Below are positions 1 through 8,422 of a stretch of 36,179 nt of DNA, piece after piece. The stretch's first letter is position 1. Every line of letters begins with the position of its first letter. The notes below the pieces were generated by a model that saw nothing but the letters and a program-made list of their open reading frames with translations, did not search any database and was not told where the DNA came from. Source of the DNA: a virus (lineage: Duplodnaviria; Caudoviricetes); IMG/VR virus record IMGVR_UViG_3300021168_000064, positions 1 to 36,179 of that record; one strand, written 5' to 3'. The position numbers were made by a program, and so were the translations under genes.

Positions 1-402
1 AACGGTCATCTGACTCTCGCCCCCTTCACCGACTGTCCTACCCCCGACGGTGCCATTCGCGAAGAGGTCGACACGCTCATCTCCATCGACAAGGTAGTCG
101 ACATCCTCCGGCGACAGGAAGCCGATGCCGCGCAGCGCGAGATGCGCTACGACATGGCGCTGACGAAGCAGCGCGAGCAGGAGATACGGGACAGGATCTA
201 CCAACGTATAAGTTCGAGCGCGACGACTGAGTACGAGCGGGAGTTTCTGCGACTGTATGTCCAGCTACGGGACGAACGGAAGCGGGAGCTGTACCGTCAG
301 CGATTCATGGAAGCGCAGTGGTACCTGCACGCGCGCGAGAATGACCTCGGTGACCGAGAAGCGGACAAGGAAATGGTCAACCTTGACAAGGTGAATTTCT
401 AG
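1..402 (+). CDS. Hypothetical phage protein, 5'-truncated by the window edge
   Basis: Frame 1 is open from base 1 (NGHLTLAPFTDCPTPDGAIREEVDTL...) into the tracked 142..402 ORF. Its stop abuts the portal ATG at 403. Confidence 0.75.
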   Translation, partial: NGHLTLAPFTDCPTPDGAIREEVDTLISIDKVVDILRRQEADAAQREMRYDMALTKQREQEIRDRIYQRISSSATTEYEREFLRLYVQLRDERKRELYRQRFMEAQWYLHARENDLGDREADKEMVNLDKVNF

Positions 403-2475
403 ATGGCTGAAAAGCTCTCCTTCAAGTCATGGCAACTTCCGCCGCAGGCCGTCCCTGAATCCGACCGCATCGGCTGGCTCGACGACGCCACCGGCGACGG
501 ACTCGCATGGCTCAAGTCGCAGCGCGGGTTCAAGGACTTCCGCAAGGCGCTGGACACGATATCGGGGATGGACACACAGCCGACCTACGCAGCGTCGTAC
601 CGGAGCCGCGTAAATCCCAATCGACTCAAGCGCAACATCCGCGAAGTGGTCAGCGTCATGTCGAAGCTCCGTCCGTTCTGGGGCTATCACTCCGACAATA
701 GCGCGTATGCGTCGCAAGCGCTGATGATGAACAAGGTCACGCGGGCGTGGTATCTGGAATCATTCGCGGACAGAGCGGTCAAGGAGGCATTGCAATATGC
801 AGCAGCCACAGGTCGTGGGTGGATCCATCCAGTCTACCGCCGAGACATGTACGGAACCGGCCGTGGTGACATTAAACTACTCACTTACGGTGCGCCTTCT
901 GTCCTGCCTACCCAACTCCCTTCGTCCAACAACTGGCAGGAAGCCTACGGAGTTACCATTCTGGATGAGATGCCTGTTGCTATGGCGCACGGCATGTTTC
1001 CTACTTTTCAAGACCGACTAGTCCCTTCGACCTCGAAGTATTGGTACCAGAACGACGCCGTCCACAAAGCAGCGCTTGGAAACGTCCTGCAGCGCATCTT
1101 CGGCAAGACGCCGCGCGCTGAGACTGCTGGCCTCCCTGATCTACTCGTCCCGATCCGCAAGACCTGGGTCCTCGACCTCTCCATCAACACGACCGACCGA
1201 CCGATCCCAATGGGTGAACCTGGCTCGACCTGGTCCTATACGGTCCCGCATGTCGGTCAGGAGATTCAGGTCGGTCAGGATGCAGGTGGTCGACCACTCA
1301 CACGTAAGGCAGATGAGAACGACGCCCGTCTCTACCCATACCGTCGACTCCTGATTAGCTCCGACAAGTGCATCATGTACGACGGTCCCGGCTTCGACTG
1401 GCATGGGATGTTCCCTGGTGTCTCCTTCGCGCCTGACTCGTGGCCGTGGGAGCCGCTCGGCTTCTCTCTCGTCCACGACGGCTACGACCTCAACGAGTCT
1501 ATGAAGGAAATCATGCGCGGCAATATGGACAAGATCCGGTCGCAGCTCGACCCGCCACTCAAGTTTGACACGAACGCGACCTCTATGAAGGAAATGAGGC
1601 GCTTCGACCCGATGCAACCTCGCGCGCGCATCGGACTGGACGGGAACGCGGTAGATGGACTCGGTGTCGACCTCGCGGTCCCGATGGACGTACTGAAGGT
1701 CTATCCTGAATCCATGACCATGTACGAGTCGCTGGGCGCGTCGATGGACTCGCAGATGGCGATCAACGACGTCCAAGCTCTCGCGAAGGCGCGCACTGTC
1801 GGCTCGATGGACGAACTCGAGAAGATCATGGAGACCCAAGGTCCCATCGTCGAGGACATGTCCCGCTCGATGGAGCCGCCGATGCGCGATCTGGGAGTGA
1901 TGGTCAAGTATCTCGTCCTGCAGTACTACACGACGCCGCGGGTCATGCAACTAGTAGGTATGGATGGCGTCCGTCCTGAAGTGTTCGACTTCGATCCGGC
2001 CTCGCTAGTCCCGTCGCACATGCCGGGTGAGTCGACCGCTACTTCTAGCGCAGCCGACAAGATCACCCGCGCCCGGACCTTCGCCGACAACCTGCGCTTC
2101 TTCATCCTGCCCAACTCGCTTCATGAGATGACGCAGATGGCGATGAAACTCGGGCTGGTCCAGCTCCGCAAGGCAGGTGTCAAGATCGACTCCCAGACGA
2201 TCGCCGAGAGCTGGGAATTGCCGAACTACGGTCATCTGGACGGGAACACGATCATCGAGCGCTTCCAAGCGGAGCAGGAGATGGATCTAGAGTTCGCAGC
2301 GCGGATGCAACTGATCGCGGGCGCGGAAGGTCTCACCCCACCAGGTACGCCTCCCGGCGCTGCTGCCCCTCCCGCTAAGCCCAATCCGGAAGGCCGCCCG
2401 CCGTCCGGTCAAGCCGCGCCCAAGTTAGTATCGAAGGATAACGGTGCTAGATCAACTATTACGGAGTCCAGATGA
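403..2475 (+). CDS. Portal protein (podovirus-like)
   Basis: 690 aa, located upstream of scaffold/capsid. Motifs fit podoviral portals: NRLKRNIREVV helix, 'ALQYAAATGRGWI', 'WPWEPLGFSLVHD', and a low-complexity Pro-rich C-terminus. Confidence 0.8.
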   Translation: MAEKLSFKSWQLPPQAVPESDRIGWLDDATGDGLAWLKSQRGFKDFRKALDTISGMDTQPTYAASYRSRVNPNRLKRNIREVVSVMSKLRPFWGYHSDNSAYASQALMMNKVTRAWYLESFADRAVKEALQYAAATGRGWIHPVYRRDMYGTGRGDIKLLTYGAPSVLPTQLPSSNNWQEAYGVTILDEMPVAMAHGMFPTFQDRLVPSTSKYWYQNDAVHKAALGNVLQRIFGKTPRAETAGLPDLLVPIRKTWVLDLSINTTDRPIPMGEPGSTWSYTVPHVGQEIQVGQDAGGRPLTRKADENDARLYPYRRLLISSDKCIMYDGPGFDWHGMFPGVSFAPDSWPWEPLGFSLVHDGYDLNESMKEIMRGNMDKIRSQLDPPLKFDTNATSMKEMRRFDPMQPRARIGLDGNAVDGLGVDLAVPMDVLKVYPESMTMYESLGASMDSQMAINDVQALAKARTVGSMDELEKIMETQGPIVEDMSRSMEPPMRDLGVMVKYLVLQYYTTPRVMQLVGMDGVRPEVFDFDPASLVPSHMPGESTATSSAADKITRARTFADNLRFFILPNSLHEMTQMAMKLGLVQLRKAGVKIDSQTIAESWELPNYGHLDGNTIIERFQAEQEMDLEFAARMQLIAGAEGLTPPGTPPGAAAPPAKPNPEGRPPSGQAAPKLVSKDNGARSTITESR

Positions 2476-2675
2476 CGCCCGAAGAAGCACTGGAGTATAA
2501 GAAGAAGGGCGGCAAGCTGGCCGAGCCGATCGACTTCAACTCGTCGCTAAAGTACGAAGGACCGCTGCGTGTCACCTATCTCCCTGCAATCGCTCAAGGC
2601 GGCCCCGGCGACGACTCCGCAGGTTCTGTCACTCCTTCTCGTTACTATAAGGTGAAGTACGAATGGCAGCCTTAG
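2472..2675 (+). CDS. Small hypothetical protein (67 aa)
   Basis: ATGA overlap with the portal stop; GGAG Shine-Dalgarno (SD) at about 2463. Confidence 0.6.
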   Translation: MTPEEALEYKKKGGKLAEPIDFNSSLKYEGPLRVTYLPAIAQGGPGDDSAGSVTPSRYYKVKYEWQP

Positions 2676-2908
2676 TCCGCTCAACGACCACGACGACCGA
2701 GTCCATGACCGCGACTCCTCTCCGCGACACTTACCACCTCGTCCGAGAGCGCGTCTACCAAGGCTCTCTCGACTTCGTCCTGATCCTGACCGGACTCCGC
2801 ACCGAGAAGGCCACCGGGACGCTCGAAGTGGCCCTCTCGCAGGGTGGGATATGCCGTGTCCGGTTCCGCGAGGAGCAGGATATTCGGTACGCTCCATCAC
2901 GACCCTAA
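2663..2908 (+). CDS. Small hypothetical protein, pattern reminiscent of DUF2292/YezD-like proteins
   Basis: 81 aa, in operon orientation. The C-terminal pattern TGTLEVALSQGGICRVRFREE is strand-turn-strand. The family resemblance is by eye only. Confidence 0.5.
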   Translation: MAALVRSTTTTTESMTATPLRDTYHLVRERVYQGSLDFVLILTGLRTEKATGTLEVALSQGGICRVRFREEQDIRYAPSRP

Positions 2909-2917
2909 CGATTTTCC

Positions 2918-2948
2918 TTGACAAGCTGACCTACTAGTACTGTAGACT
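2918..2948 (+). promoter_or_regulatory. Putative sigma70-type promoter for the head operon
   Basis: Perfect TTGACA at 2918-2923 and TAGACT at 2943-2948, in the only long intergenic gap. The 19-bp spacer is longer than optimal. Confidence 0.45.
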
Positions 2949-2967
2949 CCCGCACAGTGGTATTCGA

Positions 2968-3090
2968 TGTCCCCTGACTTTCCTCCCGGACTGTCAGGTA
3001 TGACACGGCCCACCGTTTACGCAACCTCCGACCTTGGATGCCTCCGAGATCCCCGTTGCATAGATGGTGGGCCTTTTCATTTTTAGGCCC
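2968..3090 (+). ncRNA. Structured leader RNA / attenuator-like element
   Basis: Hairpin 1: CCTGAC 2973-2978 with GTCAGG 2993-2998, flanked by TGTC/GACA. Hairpin 2: 3007-3025 pairs with 3055-3073 (19 positions, one C-A mismatch, two G-U pairs), followed by TTTTCATTTTT. Confidence 0.5.
3007..3084 (+). terminator. Intrinsic-terminator-like long stem plus U-tract
   Basis: GGCCCACC/GGTGGGCC closing stem followed directly by a T-rich run at 3074-3084. The loop is unusually large for a simple terminator. Confidence 0.45.
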
Positions 3091-3118
3091 AACGACGGAC
3101 GGTACGAAGGAGCCATCA

Positions 3119-3235
3119 ATGAAGCACCATGGCAAAAAGGGCAAGCACGGTAAGCACGAGAAGATGGAGAAGATGGAGAAGATGGAGCACGAGAAGAAGC
3201 ACGAGGGCAAGAAGCACGACGGTCACAAGAAGTAA
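3119..3235 (+). CDS. 38-aa His/Lys/Glu-rich peptide (MKHHGKKGKHGKHEKMEKMEKMEHEKKHEGKKHDGHKK)
   Basis: SD GAAGGAG at 3106-3112 before the ATG at 3119. The tracked start at 3038 lies inside the RNA stem. Confidence 0.75.
   Translation: MKHHGKKGKHGKHEKMEKMEKMEHEKKHEGKKHDGHKK
3158..3187 (+). repeat. Tandem 9-mer (GAGAAGATG)x3 + GAG encoding EKM repeats
   Basis: Read directly from the sequence. Confidence 0.9.
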
Positions 3236-3269
3236 GTAGTCGGTCACAAGGTGACAGGGAGACATTAGA

Positions 3270-3425
3270 ATGCGCGGACATTCCAAGTCAGGTGGCTTTA
3301 GCGGTAACTTGTCGAAGATCGGCGGCTCCGGCTCCAAACTCAAGATGAAGTCAGACATGAAAGCCGAGTCGATGACCCTTCCCAAACTCGGCAAGGGTAA
3401 GAAACAGGCGCACAAGAAAGCGTAG
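3270..3425 (+). CDS. 51-aa Lys/Gly/Ser-rich basic protein, not in the ORF track
   Basis: SD AGGGAG at 3256-3261. Translates as MRGHSKSGGFSGNLSKIGGSGSKLKMKSDMKAESMTLPKLGKGKKQAHKKA; the stop lies 2 nt before the next ATG. Confidence 0.75.
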   Translation: MRGHSKSGGFSGNLSKIGGSGSKLKMKSDMKAESMTLPKLGKGKKQAHKKA

Positions 3426-3427
3426 CG

Positions 3428-3748
3428 ATGGCAGCCGGTCCCCAACCCGGAATGACCCCTCCGCCCTCTCCTGGAGGTGGCGCTGCTGGTGGACCGCCCT
3501 CACCCGCTCAAGTCAATCCGACCTCCCCGCCTGCAGCCTCTCCCGCGCCGCCAGTTCCCTCTCCGCAGATGCAGCAAGGAACGGACCTCACGATCCGCAT
3601 TGTCCGCGACCTGATCGCACTCGCGAAGATGTTCCCGGCCGTCGCGCCCAAGGTCGCCCAGATCAACAACATCATGCGCGAGGTAGCCGGAGGGATTCAG
3701 GAATCATCACAGACCGGTGAGCCAGCAGCTCCCCCGAGTAACGCTTAA
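3428..3748 (+). CDS. Pro-rich small protein with C-terminal helical hairpin (head module)
   Basis: 106 aa, immediately upstream of the scaffold gene. Confidence 0.7.
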   Translation: MAAGPQPGMTPPPSPGGGAAGGPPSPAQVNPTSPPAASPAPPVPSPQMQQGTDLTIRIVRDLIALAKMFPAVAPKVAQINNIMREVAGGIQESSQTGEPAAPPSNA

Positions 3749-3759
3749 GGAGGCATGAA

Positions 3760-4608
3760 ATGAGCAAGTGGACTGAGTATCTGAAAGCGAATGGAGCGAC
3801 CGACGAGGAGTTGAAGGTCCTCGACAATCCCGTCGCCGCGCGCGCATTTGACAAGCAACAGGCTGATCTAGAGGCCGCCCAGGCTGAGTTTACGAAGCTG
3901 GACCAGACGATGAAAAACTACGAGACCCGCGTCCAGTCCTGGTACACCGAGAATGACAACAAGTTGAAGCAGGTGCAGAACAAGGTCATCGCGGCGGAGT
4001 CCGAAGCTGCCCGCGCGAAGGCCGCCTTACTGGAAGCGAATCGACTTGGATTGGTCGACGTTGCGAAGGATCTTGGCTATACCGTCGACCCGCCGAAGCC
4101 TCCCGTCACCCCCGGTGAGCCGGACGCCCGTTACCTGACGATGGACAAGTTCACCTCCGCGGTCGACCAGGTCGGTGCCAACCTCGCCGCTCTTGAAGAT
4201 ATGGTCATTGAGCACAAATTACTGTTCCCTGACATCCCGCTGCGCGTGAGCGACCTGCGCCGCGAGGCGATGTCGCAGAACAAGACCGTCACCCAGTTCT
4301 GGGAAGAGAAGTACAAGGTCCCGTCCGCGCGTGAACAGGCAGCGCAGAAGCAGCGCGACGCCGAGATCGCCAAATGGAAGGCCGAAGGTGCCAAGGAGAA
4401 AGAGACCGAACTCGTCTCAAAGTTCGGCAATCCCGAGACCCGCGCTCTCGTCCCCTCGCGCTCGCCGTTCACGATCCGCAAAGAGGACCCTCTACGTGCG
4501 GATAACCAGCCTTGGAACAAGTCCGAGTCGCAGCTGGCGAATGATCGCGTATCGCGCGCGGCCCAGAGATTGGTGGAGCGTCAAGCAGGTGGAGAGTTCA
4601 AGAATTAG
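3760..4608 (+). CDS. Capsid scaffolding protein (putative)
   Basis: 282 aa, charged and coiled-coil rich, strong AAGGAGG SD, directly upstream of the major capsid gene. Confidence 0.7.
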   Translation: MSKWTEYLKANGATDEELKVLDNPVAARAFDKQQADLEAAQAEFTKLDQTMKNYETRVQSWYTENDNKLKQVQNKVIAAESEAARAKAALLEANRLGLVDVAKDLGYTVDPPKPPVTPGEPDARYLTMDKFTSAVDQVGANLAALEDMVIEHKLLFPDIPLRVSDLRREAMSQNKTVTQFWEEKYKVPSAREQAAQKQRDAEIAKWKAEGAKEKETELVSKFGNPETRALVPSRSPFTIRKEDPLRADNQPWNKSESQLANDRVSRAAQRLVERQAGGEFKN

Positions 4609-4636
4609 TCGTCGATAAGTTTACAGGAGAGCAACG

Positions 4637-5779
4637 ATGGCCGACCCAACATTTGATCAGATCTCAGCAACGACCCTCGCGGACCTTCGCGACGACGTTT
4701 TGGTGGACAACTTTTTCGTGGAAACGCCGTGGATGCGCAAGATGCGCGCCATGGGCGCTCTCGAGGACTTCGCGGGCGGCACCTTCATGCAGGATCCGTT
4801 CATGTACGATCGAGTGAACGGCGGCGCGATCGCTCCCGGCTCCGATGTCACCGTCATCCAGAAGCAGATCATCGCGGCGACCGCCTTCGTCCCGAAGGAG
4901 TATGTGGAGCAGGTCCCGCTCAATCTCTGGCAGACCAACGTTATCCAAGGGTCCGGTCCCGCCGTCAAGGTCAAGCTGATCGATGCCTATATGCAGAACG
5001 CCGTCCAAGCGCTCAACACGGACATCGCGGTCGACTTCTACCGTCACGGGCAGAACATCTCAGGCAGCAACCGCCAGATCTTCATCAACGGCTTGTCGGA
5101 AGCGCTCAATGACGGCGTGAATCCAAGTTGGGACGGCAACGTCTTCACCACCTACGGCGGCCAGACCCGCAACGGTGCGGTCGGCAACGTCCTCAACTCG
5201 GTCCCGACATGGGTCGGCGACGGCGCAGGCAACACTGGCCAGATCTCCTACAAGACCCTCTTCGAGGCGTATCAGAACTGCGTCCAGCCTCCGGATATCG
5301 GTCTCTGCAACAAGGCTCTCTTCAGCTACCTCGCCGAGCGCCAGGAGCCGAAGCAACGCTTCGAGCAGATCACCGACATGTCCATCGGCGCGACCGGATT
5401 CAAGGTCCTAGACGGGACCATCTTCGTCGACAAGCTCGCTCCGTCGACCAAGTACGGGACGATCTTGCCGAGCAACCTGTCGCAGACCACGTCGATCAAG
5501 CCTTCCGCGTTCACGACACCGACCTTGAGCGCGACCCAGAACGCGATCTCGAACTACCCGTCCGCGACCCTCTGCACCCCCGGCGAGCCTTTCTTCTGGC
5601 TCCGAGTAAAGGGCTGGAAGCTGCGCCCGTCGTCCGACCCCGAGTACAACTTTAACTTCACGCCGCCCATCCGGTCCCAGAACAACCCGGACCTTGTCGT
5701 TCTATTTCTGAAAGCAGGACTCAACCTGTATACAGTGCAGCCGCGTGACAACTGGCAGCTGGTCGGCGCAGGATTCTAA
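4637..5779 (+). CDS. Major capsid protein (HK97 fold, podovirus-type)
   Basis: 380 aa with AGGAG SD and strong GC3 codon bias. The N-terminal pattern (ISATTL..LVDNFF.ETP..RKMR...GG) and the position after the scaffold fit a major capsid protein. Confidence 0.85.
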   Translation: MADPTFDQISATTLADLRDDVLVDNFFVETPWMRKMRAMGALEDFAGGTFMQDPFMYDRVNGGAIAPGSDVTVIQKQIIAATAFVPKEYVEQVPLNLWQTNVIQGSGPAVKVKLIDAYMQNAVQALNTDIAVDFYRHGQNISGSNRQIFINGLSEALNDGVNPSWDGNVFTTYGGQTRNGAVGNVLNSVPTWVGDGAGNTGQISYKTLFEAYQNCVQPPDIGLCNKALFSYLAERQEPKQRFEQITDMSIGATGFKVLDGTIFVDKLAPSTKYGTILPSNLSQTTSIKPSAFTTPTLSATQNAISNYPSATLCTPGEPFFWLRVKGWKLRPSSDPEYNFNFTPPIRSQNNPDLVVLFLKAGLNLYTVQPRDNWQLVGAGF

Positions 5780-5806
5780 GTGAGATTGGGATAAAGGAGA
5801 CACATT

Positions 5807-6487
5807 ATGAGCCGTGGTGGAATGCTAACGAAGCAAGCTGACCAACTCACAGCGAAGTTCCTGAACGACGTCAATGACTCGACATCCGGTGGCGCGCTGG
5901 TATCGGTGCCGACCGGCGTCCAGTCGCCGCAGGTCAGCGCGACGCAGCCTGGGGATGTTATCGTCCTCGACGACGCGACCGCGCTCGCGCTCTCGGATAC
6001 GACCGTCGGGACTCTATTCGGCGGATGCTACATGTACGTCGGGACTCTCGCTACCGCAACCGCCTCACCCGCGCGCGGTACGGCCGCGTTCTGGCGTCAG
6101 TCCGAGCTACCTGGAGGCGCTACCCAAGGCTACACAGTCACCTCTGACGTCCAGCCGAATACGCTCCTCCCGGCTTACATCGCTGGTGTGTTCATCAATC
6201 CGACTACCTCGTCCGGCACGGGCGTCGCCCTCGTCAAGGGCAACTTCGGCTGGATCCAAGTCGCCGGCGTCGCCTCCTGTCTCTACGATACCTCGCTGAG
6301 CGCGACCGCTCTCGCCGCGACCGTCAGCACCAAGATCTCCGCCACGACCGCCTCGACCTTTGATGCTGGTCAAGCTCTAACAACCGCGACCCTCGCCAAC
6401 GTCCTCGGCGTTGCGATCGGCACCCCGGTCATCTCGACCATCTCGTCCGTCATCATCACCCGCGGCAACTTCTGCGGCCGTATCTAA
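5807..6487 (+). CDS. Capsid decoration/cement protein (putative)
   Basis: 226 aa, Thr/Ala/Gly-rich, with a 'GNFGWIQVAG' motif, directly after the major capsid gene; AAGGAG SD. Confidence 0.65.
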   Translation: MSRGGMLTKQADQLTAKFLNDVNDSTSGGALVSVPTGVQSPQVSATQPGDVIVLDDATALALSDTTVGTLFGGCYMYVGTLATATASPARGTAAFWRQSELPGGATQGYTVTSDVQPNTLLPAYIAGVFINPTTSSGTGVALVKGNFGWIQVAGVASCLYDTSLSATALAATVSTKISATTASTFDAGQALTTATLANVLGVAIGTPVISTISSVIITRGNFCGRI

Positions 6488-6499
6488 GGGAGGGATTGA

Positions 6500-6895
6500 A
6501 TGGCATTCCCACTTGGCATCACCGTTCTCCCCGGCTACCCGAATCAGGTTGGGGTCAAGAACCAGATCGTCTTCGACCGCACCGGGCCGACCTCCTACGT
6601 CCAGTACGTCTCCGCGACCAAGGTCGGCGGCGATGTCATCAAGGCAACCGGTGGGGGACTTAATTTCGGCGGCTTCGACAACATGGACGACACCATCGAC
6701 GACACTGGTCAGATCAACGCTCTTGTGGTGATGGACCGGGCGGGATTCGGTAACGCGGTCCCGCAGGTGACCATCCGCTACATCTCACTCGTCACCGCGA
6801 CTCTAGGCGGGGTCAGCCAGACCGCCAACTCCGAGATCGCTGCCGGGACCAATCTGTCCACATTCAGCTTCCGTTACGAAACGTATATGGTCTAA
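6500..6895 (+). CDS. Small virion structural protein (putative)
   Basis: 131 aa, beta-rich, with a 'SY..GG...EIAAGTNLS' pattern; GGAGG SD. Confidence 0.6.
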   Translation: MAFPLGITVLPGYPNQVGVKNQIVFDRTGPTSYVQYVSATKVGGDVIKATGGGLNFGGFDNMDDTIDDTGQINALVVMDRAGFGNAVPQVTIRYISLVTATLGGVSQTANSEIAAGTNLSTFSFRYETYMV

Positions 6896-6916
6896 TCTGG
6901 GCGCCGGGAGGCTACC

Positions 6917-7936
6917 GTGGCGCTACAGGACATGCAGGCGGAACTAAGGGGCGCAGTCCCTAAGCTACCCTTCTCGTTCACCAAGACCCTCATTAACCGC
7001 GCCCGCAACGTCATCTACAACTCCGACCTCTGGAGCTTCAACCTCTACGAGGCTAGTTGGGTCAGCCCTGCCGTCGTCACGACAGGCACGGTGACCGTCC
7101 AGCTCGGCTCCGACACCGTCCAGTTCGACCCTGCTGCGGTCGCAGCCATCAACCAGTCCCAGCTCGATTGTCCGGTCTCGCTGATCACGCAGCGCCAGCT
7201 CCGTCCTGGTAATACCGCCGGCATCGCCCAGATCTACAACCTGATCCAGTACGATCAGATTACCGGCGCGGCGACCCTGGACCGTATCTATGCCGACACG
7301 CCCTCTACGGTCGGTGCCTCGTACCAGCTCTACCAGCTCTACTACCCTGCTCCGTTCCAAGACCACCTGACATGGGTAAGTGTCCGCAACATGCAGATGT
7401 TCCTCGACCTGCGTCTCGGGACGGAGCGGAACGAGATCGACCAGCTCGACCCGCAACGGTCGATCTACCAGTTCCCGACCGACGTTATCCCGTACATGAT
7501 CGACAACCGCGGCGCGGGGACCGATAACGCCTCCGCTACCCTTGGATTCCCTCTGTTCGAGCTATGGGGCCAGCCTGTCAACCCCTTCACCTACGCGCTC
7601 TACGGGATCCGCAAGGGGACCGACTTGGTCAACCCTACGGACACGCTCCCGGTCCAGATCGGCGAGGACTGCGTTCTCGCGCTGGCACGCTCCTACGCCT
7701 ACGAGTGGGCCGAAGCGAACAAGGATATGTCGCCCCGGTCGTCGGGGCCGGACTTCAGGTTCCTGATTGGCAAGACATTGGACGAGTACAACAAGAGGCT
7801 GATCCTGTACCGTAAAAATGATAAAGAGTTTGTAAACTCATGGTTTAGTATACGTAATTTGCAGTGGAATGCAAGTCAGGTTGGAAGTTATAATACGTTA
7901 GCTGGAGTGTCAACGGTATACGGTGGTAACTATTAG
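6917..7936 (+). CDS. Head-tail adaptor / tail ring protein (putative)
   Basis: GTG start with GGGAGG SD. Layout is N-terminal helices ending 'LINRARNVIYNSDLWSF', a beta insert 'TGTVTVQLGSDTV', and a C-terminal 'DTLPVQIGEDCVLALA' helix, typical of podoviral adaptors. Confidence 0.65.
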   Translation: MALQDMQAELRGAVPKLPFSFTKTLINRARNVIYNSDLWSFNLYEASWVSPAVVTTGTVTVQLGSDTVQFDPAAVAAINQSQLDCPVSLITQRQLRPGNTAGIAQIYNLIQYDQITGAATLDRIYADTPSTVGASYQLYQLYYPAPFQDHLTWVSVRNMQMFLDLRLGTERNEIDQLDPQRSIYQFPTDVIPYMIDNRGAGTDNASATLGFPLFELWGQPVNPFTYALYGIRKGTDLVNPTDTLPVQIGEDCVLALARSYAYEWAEANKDMSPRSSGPDFRFLIGKTLDEYNKRLILYRKNDKEFVNSWFSIRNLQWNASQVGSYNTLAGVSTVYGGNY

Positions 7937-8385
7937 CGATGACACTTCTTGCAGATTCTATCCCCTCGTGGCGTAATCCGTGTATTCTTTGGATCATATC
8001 GATGACCCTGTGGGCAGTGCGTTCTGCTTGCGTTTATTGCTGCGATAGTCTCTCCAAGTAGCATGTTCTCTCGGTGCGAAACAAGTCGTAGGTGGGCCGG
8101 ATTAACGCAGTCGCGGACGCGACAAATATGGTCAATCTCTTTGTCAGGTGGGATGTCTCCGACGAAAATCATATAACTAAATCGGTGCGCGTAGATACGA
8201 ACAGACCTGTGTGTACCCTTGATTTTGTAAAGAAACAGGACCGCATATCCAAGTCCTCCATGACTTCCTATCCAGATCCAGCATCCGGTCTTTAGATCAA
8301 CCTTCAACTTCTCCATAAAGCGGACGAAAGGAGACTTAATTTTCAACTTGCGCTTGTCCATGCTATATGGTCTAATCTTGCCCAT
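7933..8385 (-). CDS. Free-standing HNH homing endonuclease
   Basis: Motifs GCWIW.G, YAHRFSY, EIDHICRVRDCVNPAHL...EN and a C-terminal THCPQGH...RICKKC zinc ribbon. AT-rich relative to its flanks, and the only convincing minus-strand gene. Confidence 0.92.
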   Translation of the reverse strand: MGKIRPYSMDKRKLKIKSPFVRFMEKLKVDLKTGCWIWIGSHGGLGYAVLFLYKIKGTHRSVRIYAHRFSYMIFVGDIPPDKEIDHICRVRDCVNPAHLRLVSHRENMLLGETIAAINASRTHCPQGHRYDPKNTRITPRGDRICKKCHR

Positions 8386-8389
8386 TCTG

Positions 8390-8422
8390 GTGTTATACTA
8401 ACACACCGAATAGGGATATCAA
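8390..8422. promoter_or_regulatory. Putative bidirectional promoter between the HNH gene and the glycan cassette
   Basis: Inverted repeat GTGTTA-TAC-TAACAC. The plus strand reads TG-T-TATACT (8391-8399). The minus strand reads TTGATA (8422-8417), 16 bp, then TAGTAT (8400-8395) with an upstream TG. Confidence 0.55.

Noticed and set aside
2968-3090. tRNA or known riboswitch identity for the leader
   Set aside because: No cloverleaf, T-loop or aptamer consensus that I can recognise; kept only as an unclassified structure.
5770-5810. Programmed frameshift or readthrough extending the capsid protein
   Set aside because: No slippery sequence near the TAA, and the next gene has its own strong SD.
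7933-8385. HNH as part of a group I intron or as the packaging HNH
   Set aside because: It is antisense and lies between two intact genes without splitting one, and it is not next to a terminase gene.
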